Shown: positions 20,865-32,598, numbered from the stretch's first letter. The stretch is 64,000 bases of DNA from Histomonas meleagridis 2922-C6/04-290x (GCA_020184695.1 JAANOX010000062.1:1-64000), one strand, 5' to 3'. Notes: generated by a model not told the origin, from the letters alone. Program-made: numbers and translations.

Positions 20865-23384
20865 ATGCAAGAATCAAAAAATGTCCTTAGGAGTCAACTT
20901 AAAAAGATATCAGATACCACTAAAACCCTAGAAGGTGCTAGCTTCATTCAAGAAGAAATTCTTTCACAGATCAATCCAAATTCATACTTTGCACGGAAAG
21001 TCAATTTTACTTTTGATAAGTTTTACTATGCTCCCTATGGTGGCATTATAGGAGTTGAGCATAACAATAGTGAATCTAATCTTAAAATTGTTGATTTTTA
21101 TGATAGTAATTTAAATCATATACTTGCACTTTTTCCACCAGTTGATCATCTCAAAGGCCATAATGACTTATATATTACACCTGAAGATATGATTCTTTGC
21201 ATATATGACAACATGCTCCATGTATATGACATTCGAAATCATTTAATTTCCAAAGACAAAATCTTTGAATTCTCGAACGAGGAGACCTATCTCTTTTCCA
21301 CCTTTTTTGAGCATGGACTTTTTGTTGGTACCTCCAAAGGTAATATCTATTTTGTTGATGATTTCTCCGAATTTTCATGCAAGTTATTTGGTACATTTGA
21401 TGCCAGCACCTTACCCACATATGCAGCATGTTTACCTCCCACATATTATTCCTATGATGAATCAATACCAAATGTCAAACATGGCGCCGTTGTATATATT
21501 CCAATCGTCAAAGATGCTCAACAGCAACTAATTTGTGTTCAGCAAGACCAAATAGATGTTATTGATTTTCCGTTTACAATTCGAAGCATTGAATTCAACG
21601 CATCATATTCCATGTTATTCATTATCACAGAGTTTGAGCTCATAGTCTATGATTATAAGTTCTCACAATGTTATCTCCAATTAGATCTGAGTGATTGCTC
21701 ATATATTCGCGCATGTTGGTGTGGCAATTCCACGATTTTATTAACGCGCGAAAACTCGGCAGTGATGGTTGGCATCTCAGAGGAATCGATCATATACGAA
21801 ACAGAAAGCGGATGTTTAATCACTCCAGAGGTTGATGGTGCACGTTTAATCACGCGTGAAAACGTTCGATATATTCGAGAGATACCGAAATATACGTTAG
21901 AAATCGCAAAAAGAAAACGCGGAAATCTTTCGGCGAAATTGTTATTTAGTTGTAGCGAGAAGTTGGCAATGGCTACAAGAGATACTATGACCGAATTAGG
22001 AGATGGACTTATCGAAGCTATTAATGGTTGCTTGGATGCAATTACTTATTTTAGAGAACCTGAAATTACACATCAAATATTAAAGGTGATAATACAAGCA
22101 AAACAACACTTAAAGGAATTCGATCATAACAAAATATCTAAAATTATCATCAACAAAAGAATATGTGAACAAATAGCTAAAAGTCCGTACAAAATGAACT
22201 TGACTTACGAACAATTGTTGGCGTTGGGCCATAAAAGACTGTTGATGAGACTTTGTAATCATCAGTTCCATTATTTGGCATTCAAAATAGCAGATTACTT
22301 AAACGTTTCGGACGAGTTCATATTTGATAATTGGGCGTACGCTGTTTTGTTGTCTGGAGCGAAGAACGAAAATATTGTCAAAAAGTTGAAGGCTTCAAAT
22401 GACGTTCTTGACTTCGTAAAGTTGGCAAAAATTGCATACGAAAGAAATTTGAATACATCGAAGTTTTCTTTACTCGCTTTCAATCATGATAATTCAATTA
22501 ATTCAAATAACGCAAACTCAGAAAATAAGGTTTCAATGAAGGAGTACGTTAGGCAAATGATTCAAAAGGAAACGGAGGTTTTGAAGAACGATAACCTTAA
22601 ATTGGCAACTTTACTCCTTGATGCAAACCCTGTAAAGGCTCGTTCAGTCCCTTTGTTGATACAATGGGGACAATGGCCTGCTGCTATTTCGGCTGCTGCT
22701 AAATCAAATGACGCTGCTTTAATTTCTTATACTATTGATCGTGCTGAAGAACATATTAATGAATCAACTGAAATTGCTCAAATGGTTAAGAAGGTTTTGG
22801 TTGAAAATCCAATTGCTCTTAGGGTTTGGATAATAATGCATCCAAATGATAATCGAATATCTCAATATCTTATTCAAAGTAATCATTCGAAAGAAGCTGT
22901 AAGCTCCGAATTCGTTCGATACGTTGATGGTATTGATGATCTCCAAAGTGCCCAAACGATTATTAAGAAACATGGAGATAGTTTCGATAGCAAAGTCATG
23001 AAACGGATGGCCGCTTCCAATTCTTTATGCGACGAATTACACATCCCAAAGATGTCTTCTCCATACGAAGTGTTTGATTACATTCTCATAAATTCACCAT
23101 CGAAGGCAAAAAGTGCCGCGCGTAAACTCGATTTGTCAAATGACGAAATTACAGCGCGTAAAATATTTGTTGGACAACAACAGTCAGTTGATAGTGTGCC
23201 ATGCAAATTACTTCTTGAGACATTGAACTCTCTCGAAGATGCTGACTTCGAAGAGGCAATAAATGTGCTGCTGTTCGACTACAAACGAAGAGACCTCGTG
23301 CTGGAGCTGCAGGAGAAAATAGAAAATAAGATATCGAGAGACATTTTGCAGGAAATTGTGAACAACTCAAACGAAGTTTATTAA
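20865..23384 (+). CDS. VPS16: Vacuolar protein sorting 16 (HOPS/CORVET subunit)
   Basis: APYGG motif near the N-terminus, PEVDGARLIT, LLMRLCNHQFHYLAFKIADYL and a helical C-terminus; 839 aa is Vps16-sized. Confidence 0.85.
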   Translation: MQESKNVLRSQLKKISDTTKTLEGASFIQEEILSQINPNSYFARKVNFTFDKFYYAPYGGIIGVEHNNSESNLKIVDFYDSNLNHILALFPPVDHLKGHNDLYITPEDMILCIYDNMLHVYDIRNHLISKDKIFEFSNEETYLFSTFFEHGLFVGTSKGNIYFVDDFSEFSCKLFGTFDASTLPTYAACLPPTYYSYDESIPNVKHGAVVYIPIVKDAQQQLICVQQDQIDVIDFPFTIRSIEFNASYSMLFIITEFELIVYDYKFSQCYLQLDLSDCSYIRACWCGNSTILLTRENSAVMVGISEESIIYETESGCLITPEVDGARLITRENVRYIREIPKYTLEIAKRKRGNLSAKLLFSCSEKLAMATRDTMTELGDGLIEAINGCLDAITYFREPEITHQILKVIIQAKQHLKEFDHNKISKIIINKRICEQIAKSPYKMNLTYEQLLALGHKRLLMRLCNHQFHYLAFKIADYLNVSDEFIFDNWAYAVLLSGAKNENIVKKLKASNDVLDFVKLAKIAYERNLNTSKFSLLAFNHDNSINSNNANSENKVSMKEYVRQMIQKETEVLKNDNLKLATLLLDANPVKARSVPLLIQWGQWPAAISAAAKSNDAALISYTIDRAEEHINESTEIAQMVKKVLVENPIALRVWIIMHPNDNRISQYLIQSNHSKEAVSSEFVRYVDGIDDLQSAQTIIKKHGDSFDSKVMKRMAASNSLCDELHIPKMSSPYEVFDYILINSPSKAKSAARKLDLSNDEITARKIFVGQQQSVDSVPCKLLLETLNSLEDADFEEAINVLLFDYKRRDLVLELQEKIENKISRDILQEIVNNSNEVY

Positions 23385-23439
23385 ATCATTAATCATTTAA
23401 ACTTTTTGCGAAAGAGAAATGAAAACATTTCGTGAATAA

Positions 23440-23815
23440 ATATTATGAAACAATAAATATTTTGAATCGAGTGCATCTTACGAATCATAAAATATTCACA
23501 ATCAAACACATTTTCTGAAACATATAAATATTTTGAATCGAGTGCATCTTACGAATCATATAAATATTCAATCGAATACATATTCTAAATCGAATACATA
23601 TTATGAATCATATAAATATTCACAATCAAACACATTTTCTGAAACATATAAATATTTTGAATCGAGTGCATCTTACGAATCATATAAATATTCACAATCA
23701 AACGCATTTTCTGAATCGAATACATATTTACAATAGAATACTTATTCACAATCAAATCCATATTCTAAATCAAATACATGAATCACATAAATATTCACAA
23801 TCGAATACTATAATC
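23440..23815 (+). repeat. Degenerate minisatellite built from 18-bp SQSNTY-type units with a ~72-bp higher-order unit
   Basis: GAATCGAGTGCATCTTACGAATCAT at 23464, 23535 and 23659, plus many TCACAATCAAAYACAT units. Translates to SQSNTFSETYKYFESSASYESYKY with frameshifts and stops. Confidence 0.85.
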
Positions 23816-23932
23816 GTAAAACGGGTTCTTTAATTAAAATTATGAAAAATATGAAACAAAAAATAATAATGTAATGCTTAAAAAAATGATTTCATTTAGA
23901 ATACACTATATTTTATTATATATTTATCTAAA

Positions 23933-25813
23933 TTACATTTGCTCAATGAATTTATCTTCTTTGAAGTCATCTGCAAAAGGATCTTCTTCAATATTCGATA
24001 TAGGTATTCCTGTTGTGAATGTGTTTGTTGTTTTGTTATCATTTTGTTGATCTGAAATTTCATTTTCATTTTCGTCAATTTCTTCTTTTTTATTTTTAAT
24101 TCGAATAAATAATATTATAAACAATGAAATTATAATAATAACAACAACAATAACACAAACAATTATTATGATAATTGTTGTTTTATTATCATTTGAATGA
24201 ATTTCATTTATATAAACAAATGTGAAGAAATTCGAATAATAATTATAATATGTCGAATAAATAATAACTGTGTAATCATAATAAATAAATTCAGTTTCGA
24301 TATAAATATACGACGAATTAATTGTAATTAATGAAATTGTTTGTATTTGCGTTTTACAATAAGTAAATGAATTTGTAATTGATAATGTAATTGTTAATAA
24401 ATATGAAAAAGATTGCGTTAAATCATTTTGAAGTGATTCAGTAGCTGTCTTCGATTGTGATAATATTGTATATGACTGTGAGTATGTATTTGACTGTGAA
24501 TATGTATTCGATTCAGAGTATGTATTACTTCTACTGAATGTGTGCGATGCTGAAAATGATATCGTTGAAATTGGATTGCAGTTTCCTTCAGTATATTCTG
24601 GAGTAACAGATAAACTTCCAAATGTTTCATTTTTATATGTTGAATATGTGATAACTGTCGTTGTAACATTAGAAAATGCATTTATTCCAATGTTTGGCTC
24701 TTTGTCACCATAATAATAAATACATTCAAGTGAATAACAATTGCAAAATCCCGATTCACCAATTTCTTTTATTCCATTCCCAAGTATTAATGTCGTTAAA
24801 TTAGAACATGATGAAAATGCATAACTTCCAATTGAAGTGACTGAATTTGGAATTGTAATGTTTTTGATTGATGAACACAATGAGAATGCTGAACCACCAA
24901 TTGTTGTGACATTTCCGCCAAAATTAATCGTTTCTAAATGTGAACATGACGAAAATGCATAACTTCCAATAGATGATACAGAATCACCAAAATTCACTGA
25001 GATAACTGAATTCCATTCTGAAAATTCACCACCTAAAACTGAATAAATTCCTTCACAAATATTTATAAATTTCGTTTTATTTTGATATTGTTCAATATCA
25101 ACAAAATCATCTTTATTTGTTATTATTAATGTTGAATTATCGTCATTAAATATTTGAAAAGAACATATGAAAAATATAACAAAAATTAAAACATTTTCCT
25201 GTTTTTTCTTTTCGTTTGTTTTCAATTCATAGTTGGCCAAAAATAATTTCTGTAAAACTGATTTTTTTTGAAATAAATTGACATAAACCAACCAAAATAT
25301 AATTGAAAAAACGGCGGTTAAACGACCAAAAGCATTGAATTTATTTGGTCGGTCTTTTTTATCGTTTCGCATCAATGAAAAATAATGAAATTTATGCTGG
25401 ATCAAAGATATATTCTCATAACATCGATTCGTTCTTTGTTTTGGGATATTGTTTTCAATAAGGATTCTGGTCATAAAGGATTTATTTTTTGTAAATATAA
25501 TGTATGATGTTGGGAATTTTATTTTGTCATAAAAGAATTGAAGTACTAATGATGTAAACCTGTTGTTAGCCAAGAAATTTAAAAATAAACTAGTTTTAAA
25601 GAAATTAGAATTAATGTTAAATATATCAAAATTTTTGTTCTTTATTCGGAATGTTGGAACTTTTGCATTGTGTCTATGAGCAATTTGTTCTTTGTTAAAA
25701 CTCTTTTTTATATTTGATATTTTTGTAGTTGTAAAAAATGGAATTCCTATTATTGTATCGGTTCTATATTGTTTTACTATGTTCCAAATGAACAGTAAAT
25801 GAATGATTTTCAT
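23933..25813 (-). CDS. BspA-like surface protein, copy A (LRR_5 + S/T stalk + TM + DPF tail); true start uncertain
   Basis: TIPNSVTSIGSYAFSSCSNL repeats, SxSNTY stalk, TM, tail EEDPFADDF. Family-like sequence begins at ~25194; the upstream 200 codons are open but not family-like. Confidence 0.8.
   Translation of the reverse strand: MKIIHLLFIWNIVKQYRTDTIIGIPFFTTTKISNIKKSFNKEQIAHRHNAKVPTFRIKNKNFDIFNINSNFFKTSLFLNFLANNRFTSLVLQFFYDKIKFPTSYIIFTKNKSFMTRILIENNIPKQRTNRCYENISLIQHKFHYFSLMRNDKKDRPNKFNAFGRLTAVFSIIFWLVYVNLFQKKSVLQKLFLANYELKTNEKKKQENVLIFVIFFICSFQIFNDDNSTLIITNKDDFVDIEQYQNKTKFINICEGIYSVLGGEFSEWNSVISVNFGDSVSSIGSYAFSSCSHLETINFGGNVTTIGGSAFSLCSSIKNITIPNSVTSIGSYAFSSCSNLTTLILGNGIKEIGESGFCNCYSLECIYYYGDKEPNIGINAFSNVTTTVITYSTYKNETFGSLSVTPEYTEGNCNPISTISFSASHTFSRSNTYSESNTYSQSNTYSQSYTILSQSKTATESLQNDLTQSFSYLLTITLSITNSFTYCKTQIQTISLITINSSYIYIETEFIYYDYTVIIYSTYYNYYSNFFTFVYINEIHSNDNKTTIIIIIVCVIVVVIIIISLFIILFIRIKNKKEEIDENENEISDQQNDNKTTNTFTTGIPISNIEEDPFADDFKEDKFIEQM
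24483..25228. repeat. Direct duplication of ~745 bp, copy 1 (partner at ~27112-27858)
   Basis: Base-by-base near identity at offset 2629, then 2630 after the 1-nt insertion. Confidence 0.93.
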
Positions 25814-26567
25814 GCTTCAAGATCTATATTAACTAATATAGTTAAGGACCTTTACTAAATACACATCGGCTAATACAAAAGTTAAAAATCATACGGTTAA
25901 CTAGTAAAAAATTTGTTGTTATATTGAAGTTTTTCAATCTAACCTAAATTTTTTTATTTCAATATTTAAAAACACACTTAAAAGTTATTGTAATAAATGA
26001 TTACAAAGCCACTTTTAAATAATATAATTAATGTATGTGATAGAGCAGAATTTGCTGATTAAAATGATATATCTTTCTTGTTATAAAACGTTTTTATACC
26101 TGTTAAATTTTATTATTTTTAGGGTATGAATTGGGGGTTCATTAAATACTTATGATATATATAATTAAATGATTCATTAAAAAGAAAACCTATTAATGTA
26201 TTTTGATATACAACAAACAAAGTTATACCAATTGTAATTGTAAATATTTCGATTTAATGAAATGATTCTTTTTAACTTAATGATTATTCAATATTATTTA
26301 CTATTTACTTTAATATTTAATGACCATAAAATATATCAATAGTTTATAAAAAAAATCGATCACAAACTATTTTGATAATGAAAAATTTATATTTCCATTT
26401 GATCTTTATAATTTTACATCAAAACATTATTCACTATATAATTTCAATGTTTTTAAAAATTTGATTAATATTTCAAATATTATCGTTTCTCATTGAAATT
26501 ATTTCAAACTTTTTAAAAATAATAAAAATTCACCAAATAAAAACATACATTTTATTTTACAATTAAA

Positions 26568-28356
26568 TCATAGCCAATTGTCTTCATCTTCTTTAACAAT
26601 ATCTTCAACTAAAGTATTGACATCTTCCTTTTGATTTAAACTTGATGTAGTCGAATCTTTAAATTGTAATGTTGATGTCGATTTTACTTTTTTGTTATTA
26701 CTTTTTATTAGGAATATAACAATTCCAACAATTATCAACACAAATGCAATTGATCCGCAAACAATTCCAATCAATGCATTAGTTGTAAGTCCATTCGTAT
26801 GTAAAATGTTCGTGTGAAACATCGTAATAAAATTCGAAAAATAATTATAATGTGTCGAGTAAATAATAACTGTGTAATCATAATAAAGAAATTCTGTTTC
26901 GATATAAGAAAATGTTGAATTAAATATGGACAATGAAAGTGACCTTGTTTGCGTTTCAAAATAAGTAAATGAATTTGTAATTGTCAATGTATATGTTAAT
27001 GTATATGAATATGTCATATCGCTTTGAAATGATCCAGTAAATGTATTCGATTGTGAATATGTATTCGACTGAGAAAATGTATTTGAATGTGAATATGTAT
27101 TCGATTGTGAATATGTATTTGACTGTGAATATGTATTCGATTCAGAGTATGTATTACTTCTACTGAATGTGTGCGATGCTGAAAATGATATCGTTGAAAT
27201 TGGATTGCAGTTTCCTTCAGTATATTCTGGAGTAACAGATAAACTTCCAAATGTTTCATTTTTATATGTTGAATATGTGATAACTGTCGTTGTAACATTA
27301 GAAAATGCATTTATTCCAATGTTTGGCTCTTTGTCACCATAATAATAAATACATTCAAGTGAATAACAATTGCAAAAATCCCGATTCACCAATTTCTTTT
27401 ATTCCATTCCCAAGTATTAATGTCGTTAAATTAGAACATGATGAAAATGCATAACTTCCAATTGAAGTGACTGAATTTGGAATTGTAATGTTTTTGATTG
27501 ATGAACACAATGAGAATGCTGAACCACCAATTGTTGTGACATTTCCGCCAAAATTAATCGTTTCTAAATGTGAACATGACGAAAATGCATAACTTCCAAT
27601 AGATGATACAGAATCACCAAAATTCACTGAGATAACTGAATTCCATTCTGAAAATTCACCACCTAAAACTGAATAAATTCCTTCACAAATATTTATAAAT
27701 TTCGTTTTATTTTGATATTGTTCAATATCATTAAAATCATCTTTATTTGTTATTATCAATGTTGAATTATCGTCGTTAAATATTTGAAAAGAACTTATGA
27801 AAAATATAACAAAAATTAAAACATTTTTCTGTTTTTTCTTTTCGCTTGTTTTCAATTTATAAATTAAAGATTTGATTTCATAAAATAAAAAAAATCCCAA
27901 AATAAAAAAGTAACGCATTAGAAATTGAACATTTTCATTGAATTTGAACATTTTCTTCATGAAGTTAATATTCAGCGAAAGTGGTAAATAAGCTTTTAAT
28001 GAAAAATGCTTAAGTATCAAAGAAAAGAATTTAAAATAACACCCAACATATGATATCGGTATCTTTAACAAAGAGGAAAGATACTGATATCCTTCTGTGA
28101 TGATATGAAATAAATTCGTTTCATTCTCTTTTGGCATGATAAAATTTGTGTTTACTTTAATGGATACATTCTCTTTGTTATGAGTTGGGAATGATAAACA
28201 TGTATACACTTTGGGCTCTAAAGTAAGGCAAGGGGAGCGTTTGAGAGTTTGAGGAATAGATAATTGATCAGTAAAAATCTTTGAACCTGAATTTTTTGGA
28301 GAGATTTGTAATAAGCAAAAGAAATACATGGGGAAAGCCAAGAAGAAAAAACGCAT
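26568..28356 (-). pseudogene. BspA-like surface protein, copy B, frameshifted
   Basis: Nearly identical to copy A over ~27112-27858. One extra base in the run at 27374-27378 (A5 versus A4 at 24745-24748) splits it into ORFs 27355-28356 and 26568-27392. Confidence 0.8.
27112..27858. repeat. Direct duplication of ~745 bp, copy 2
   Basis: Partner of 24483-25228; only a few substitutions near the 5' end of the gene. Confidence 0.93.
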
Positions 28357-28795
28357 TCGTGAGAAAACTTGAGAAACTTGTTGATAAATCAGCCAAAAAC
28401 GATACAGAGAGCTTCAACCGCTTCGCCTTTTCGTCAATTCGTTGGTGAAACTTTTGCTGATGATGTGTGGTTTATTGTTTTTGCAATCGGAATATGTTTA
28501 CAAATCTGAAACACAATGTTTTTTTATGAAAAGTGACAGATAATTCCCTCATTTAAATTGTTGAAGCAGACAAAAAACTTAAAGAAAGAAGATGATATCG
28601 TTCATCATCACTTAACAGATTTTTGAATGAAAAATGCTCAAAAAGTTTGCTCCAATACAGTTAACACGTATTGAATTTTGAATGCAATATTTCCCTCCAA
28701 ATAACCGTTCGCGCATTATTTTTTTGTTCTCATTTAAAATGTTTGGACGACGAAATCAAATACGAGAATTTATATTTTATTATAACATTAAAACA

Positions 28796-31700
28796 TTATG
28801 ACAGTTGGAACGAATCTTGTCCTTCATGAATTGCCAATAGAATTTTTTCTCTCATTATGTCCTTATTTGTATATGAAGGCACCTTAAAATAGTTGGTGCA
28901 TGTCATGACAGAAGGAAGTTGTGTATTTGGATCCGTATTTTCATCGTCAAATGATCTCTTTGCAATTGTAAGTTTTGGATCTAATGCAGCTAACCCACCA
29001 ATGGGAAGTTGGTAATAACCCGTAATAAACTGAATCAAAAGGTGTTGATCATCTTCTTCGAGTTCAGAAAGTGTTTCAAATAACATTGCAATTTGAGGTG
29101 AATCGCGTTCATACCCATGAGATATTTCTACGTTCTCTTCGAGGTCCTTATAAGTAAACTTAGGTCCATCACCACGAATAATTCTACAAATTTCATTTTC
29201 ATTAAAAATGTCAAGATAACTAAATGGAAATATTTCTGAGAATCCTTCTATAAACGCGTTTCTTAAGTGGTCCAACTTTGATCCACAAGTATATTCTTTT
29301 ATCAGGCTTACAAATTCATCAAGGTTTTCCTCTGTCACATCAAAGCTATCGTCGCTATCGGACGGTTTAAGTGGAAAATCCAAACCGGGATAATTGAAAG
29401 GTAATCCGATCAATCCTTCGGGGCGCCCCAAAGCTCTAGCTAAATCTTCATCAACTTCCCAAACATCGACATTATCCCCTCTAATAAACTTAAATATAGC
29501 TGGGTTAAAGTTAATATCTATCAAGCATTCCATTTGTATAGATTTTGCGATGAATCTTCCTAATAACTTCACAGCATTATCAGAAGCTAAAGGGGAGAAG
29601 AACATACCTTTTTTAGCTATAGCTAAACCTGGTTTAATTGTATCACTTTTAAATATTTTCCTTTCATTTAAACATAACTCATGAGAGAACAACGTAAAGA
29701 ATTCTCTTGTTGGCCCAACACCAATACCAGGTTCATCATTAAATATAATTTCTAACTTTTGTAAGTTTTGACTAAAATAATTAAAGATATTACATCCGTC
29801 ATTAAATAAAGAATCTCTACTTACATGTACTTTAAATGTTTGAGTTTGTGGTACATTCGTTAAATCTATAGATTGGATATTAAATTCTTTAATTATCTTA
29901 AGAATTGAACGTTTCGGCTCTAAAATTCTTAAATAAAATGTAAATAATCGTAAGTCAAATGGAAATATTAATGGATATGAATATATTACTTTCATTGCAA
30001 TTGAGTTTTCACTTAATGAATTAAAAGGATCGAATAATAAGTCATGAATTTTCTTATTAAATGTTGAATTAAATTTTATTTTCGTATATTTCGATAACAA
30101 TTTTATAATTTTTATAATTCCTTCTAATGTTACATCAATTTTATAATTTAAGTTATCATTAAATGTATTAATTTCTCCTTTATGAATATATATTTTATTC
30201 GGAGAAATTAAATCATTTTTATCACGTATATTAAATAACGATGAATTAATATCATAAGAAATATCTTTATATGTGATATATATCTTTTCATATTCTTCTC
30301 CAAGAAATGCGCGATATAATATCGACATTTGTGTTGTAGATATTTGTCGGAAATCTTCGATGTTAATTATCGATCGAAGAAATGATTTATTATTATTTTT
30401 ATTTAACGTTTCAATTAGTTTCTTCGCACCATATCCATTAACATGTTCATTATACCATCCTTCGATAGTACGAACTGAACAATGTAATGGTAACGAAATA
30501 CATATTCGATCATTATTAGGTAATAATGTAATAAACGTCGAAATTTTGGATAAATATTTTATCATTTTCCGTATCGATTCTTGATTAAAATCATTCGGAA
30601 ATGAGATAAATGATAAAAGTGAAACCATAAAATCCATTAACGTTATGATGTTATCAATTGGTAATGAATCATAATCATAATTAAGGAATTGATCTAAATT
30701 AAGTTTTAAGAATTTAAGTTTAGAAATGTTATTATTTAGAATTAAGTTAATAATTTCATTGGTTTCTAATAATGAATAATCTGTTTCTTGTTGAATTTGT
30801 ATCGATACTTTGTTACTGATGTTTTTATACGTCTTATAAAACCAATTTCGTTGTGTGGGTTGTATTGTTGAGAAATTCATTGACTCTAAAATACGTGAAC
30901 TCGCTAACAATGAAGAATTTTCATAATATGTTAAAATTAGTAAAACATATGAACATAAAGTTCGTGATAAATTCTTAAGAATTACAATGATTTCTTCAGT
31001 AAGATCAAATAAATTGGATTCAAGTGTGGATGCAAGACTTAAAAGTATTAATTTGGGACATAAATTGTTCTCAATTAAATTGTGAAGTAGTAACGGTTGG
31101 ACACTTTTTGCAAATTCAGAGGAAACCGCCGGCCTGTTGTGTTTGGAACATTCGAAATTATGCATTTTAGAAGTATATGGAAGAAGATTAAGCATAAGAA
31201 TAAGAATTTGAGATTGCTTGTCGGACGTCTTAGCTTCAGTTAAAAGAGTTTTAAAGTCAATGTTAGATGATATAATTTTGCTTATGAAATTCATTTTCTT
31301 AGAAAGATATATAAGAGATGTTATAAACTTAGAGGAACTACAAAGAAATGTTATGGTGTCATCGGAAATGAGATCTGGATTAACATGGCATGAAATGTTA
31401 TTTATGCTTTTAATAGCACTTTTCTGGATAAATAGATTGTTATGACTACAAAGCTCTTGAAGCTTAGGGAGGTAGGCAGCTTGGGAGTTAATTGAACAAG
31501 TTGATGTGATTTGTTGAATAATTTCCATTGCTTTTCGTTGTGTTGGTATGTCAAGAAGTGGAAGAGCTTCTAGAATAGGACCAATTCCAATCATTTCGCC
31601 AATATCTGATGCTTTAAAATTCGAAATAAAATTTAATGCACTGATGCAATTACTGACTGTTTCTGACCATTCTGCCTTTTTAATTAAATTTGCAAATATT

Positions 31701-31999
31701 TGGAGGACTTTGTTTGACAATAAAAATATAATTGACCGATTTTGAACTTCTAAAATTAATGATATACAAGCAGTTCCAAGATTTACTATTTTTTCGTTTT
31801 CAGAATCCAAAAGTATCTTGGTAATTCTATAACAAAATTGCTCTGTTGGGAATGAAGTTAAGAAATCTGGATCGCCATATGTCAAAATCGTCAAAATTAT
31901 TGATAATCCATCTTCCAAATCTTTTTCATTATTACTCTGTATTAACCTGAATGCATTAGCTAATTTCCTAATTGATAGCTGTTCCTCAAAATCGCCCAT
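28796..31999 (-). CDS. HECT E3 ubiquitin ligase, TRIP12/UFD4-like
   Basis: N-terminal ARM-like repeats; EPGIGVGPTREFFTL, LLIQFITG..LPIGGLAALDPKLTI, catalytic LPSVMTCTNYFKVPSY. Confidence 0.93.
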   Translation of the reverse strand: MGDFEEQLSIRKLANAFRLIQSNNEKDLEDGLSIILTILTYGDPDFLTSFPTEQFCYRITKILLDSENEKIVNLGTACISLILEVQNRSIIFLLSNKVLQIFANLIKKAEWSETVSNCISALNFISNFKASDIGEMIGIGPILEALPLLDIPTQRKAMEIIQQITSTCSINSQAAYLPKLQELCSHNNLFIQKSAIKSINNISCHVNPDLISDDTITFLCSSSKFITSLIYLSKKMNFISKIISSNIDFKTLLTEAKTSDKQSQILILMLNLLPYTSKMHNFECSKHNRPAVSSEFAKSVQPLLLHNLIENNLCPKLILLSLASTLESNLFDLTEEIIVILKNLSRTLCSYVLLILTYYENSSLLASSRILESMNFSTIQPTQRNWFYKTYKNISNKVSIQIQQETDYSLLETNEIINLILNNNISKLKFLKLNLDQFLNYDYDSLPIDNIITLMDFMVSLLSFISFPNDFNQESIRKMIKYLSKISTFITLLPNNDRICISLPLHCSVRTIEGWYNEHVNGYGAKKLIETLNKNNNKSFLRSIINIEDFRQISTTQMSILYRAFLGEEYEKIYITYKDISYDINSSLFNIRDKNDLISPNKIYIHKGEINTFNDNLNYKIDVTLEGIIKIIKLLSKYTKIKFNSTFNKKIHDLLFDPFNSLSENSIAMKVIYSYPLIFPFDLRLFTFYLRILEPKRSILKIIKEFNIQSIDLTNVPQTQTFKVHVSRDSLFNDGCNIFNYFSQNLQKLEIIFNDEPGIGVGPTREFFTLFSHELCLNERKIFKSDTIKPGLAIAKKGMFFSPLASDNAVKLLGRFIAKSIQMECLIDINFNPAIFKFIRGDNVDVWEVDEDLARALGRPEGLIGLPFNYPGLDFPLKPSDSDDSFDVTEENLDEFVSLIKEYTCGSKLDHLRNAFIEGFSEIFPFSYLDIFNENEICRIIRGDGPKFTYKDLEENVEISHGYERDSPQIAMLFETLSELEEDDQHLLIQFITGYYQLPIGGLAALDPKLTIAKRSFDDENTDPNTQLPSVMTCTNYFKVPSYTNKDIMREKILLAIHEGQDSFQLS

Positions 32000-32598
32000 A
32001 ATTTGTTTTAATTGCAGTTTAATTCAAATGGATGAAAAATTTTGCAAAGCATAAAATTAATTGAAATGGTTATGATAATAACCCAAATCCCTTAATCTAT
32101 AAAAACCTTTTCGAGTGCAGAAGAAAGAAGTAAAGATAACAATTTTTGGATTAAAAAAATGATGTAAAATTTGCGAAGTATCATCATGATTAGAAAAGAA
32201 CATAAAAAAAAATTGAACTTTAAATTTTGCAAACTACGAAATGTTACATAATTTTTATTGATGATTTGTTTTGTTTTTGTAAAAGAAAATAATTTAAAAG
32301 CTGTTTTTGGAAATATGTTAAATTAAATTTTTTTTTAATTGTTATAAATTCTTTGACACAACAGCTTGTTCTAAGTATCTTAGTCAATATATTTTTAATT
32401 AATATATTTTAATCTGAATATTTGTTCAAATTAATAAATATTTGTATAATGAAATTAATTTCTTGTAAATGCATTTCATAGCATAACAATTTGTTGATGC
32501 CCGATTACGTTTTTTATTTAAAAAAAAATTCGAATTTAATGTTTCTGCTTGTTTTTATGATTTTATAATGACATGTGACATTAAATTCAAAACATATA

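Noticed and set aside
28455-28510. TGATGA...CTGA resembling a box C/D snoRNA
   Set aside because: Only ~52 nt, no terminal stem, and no guide target that I can identify.
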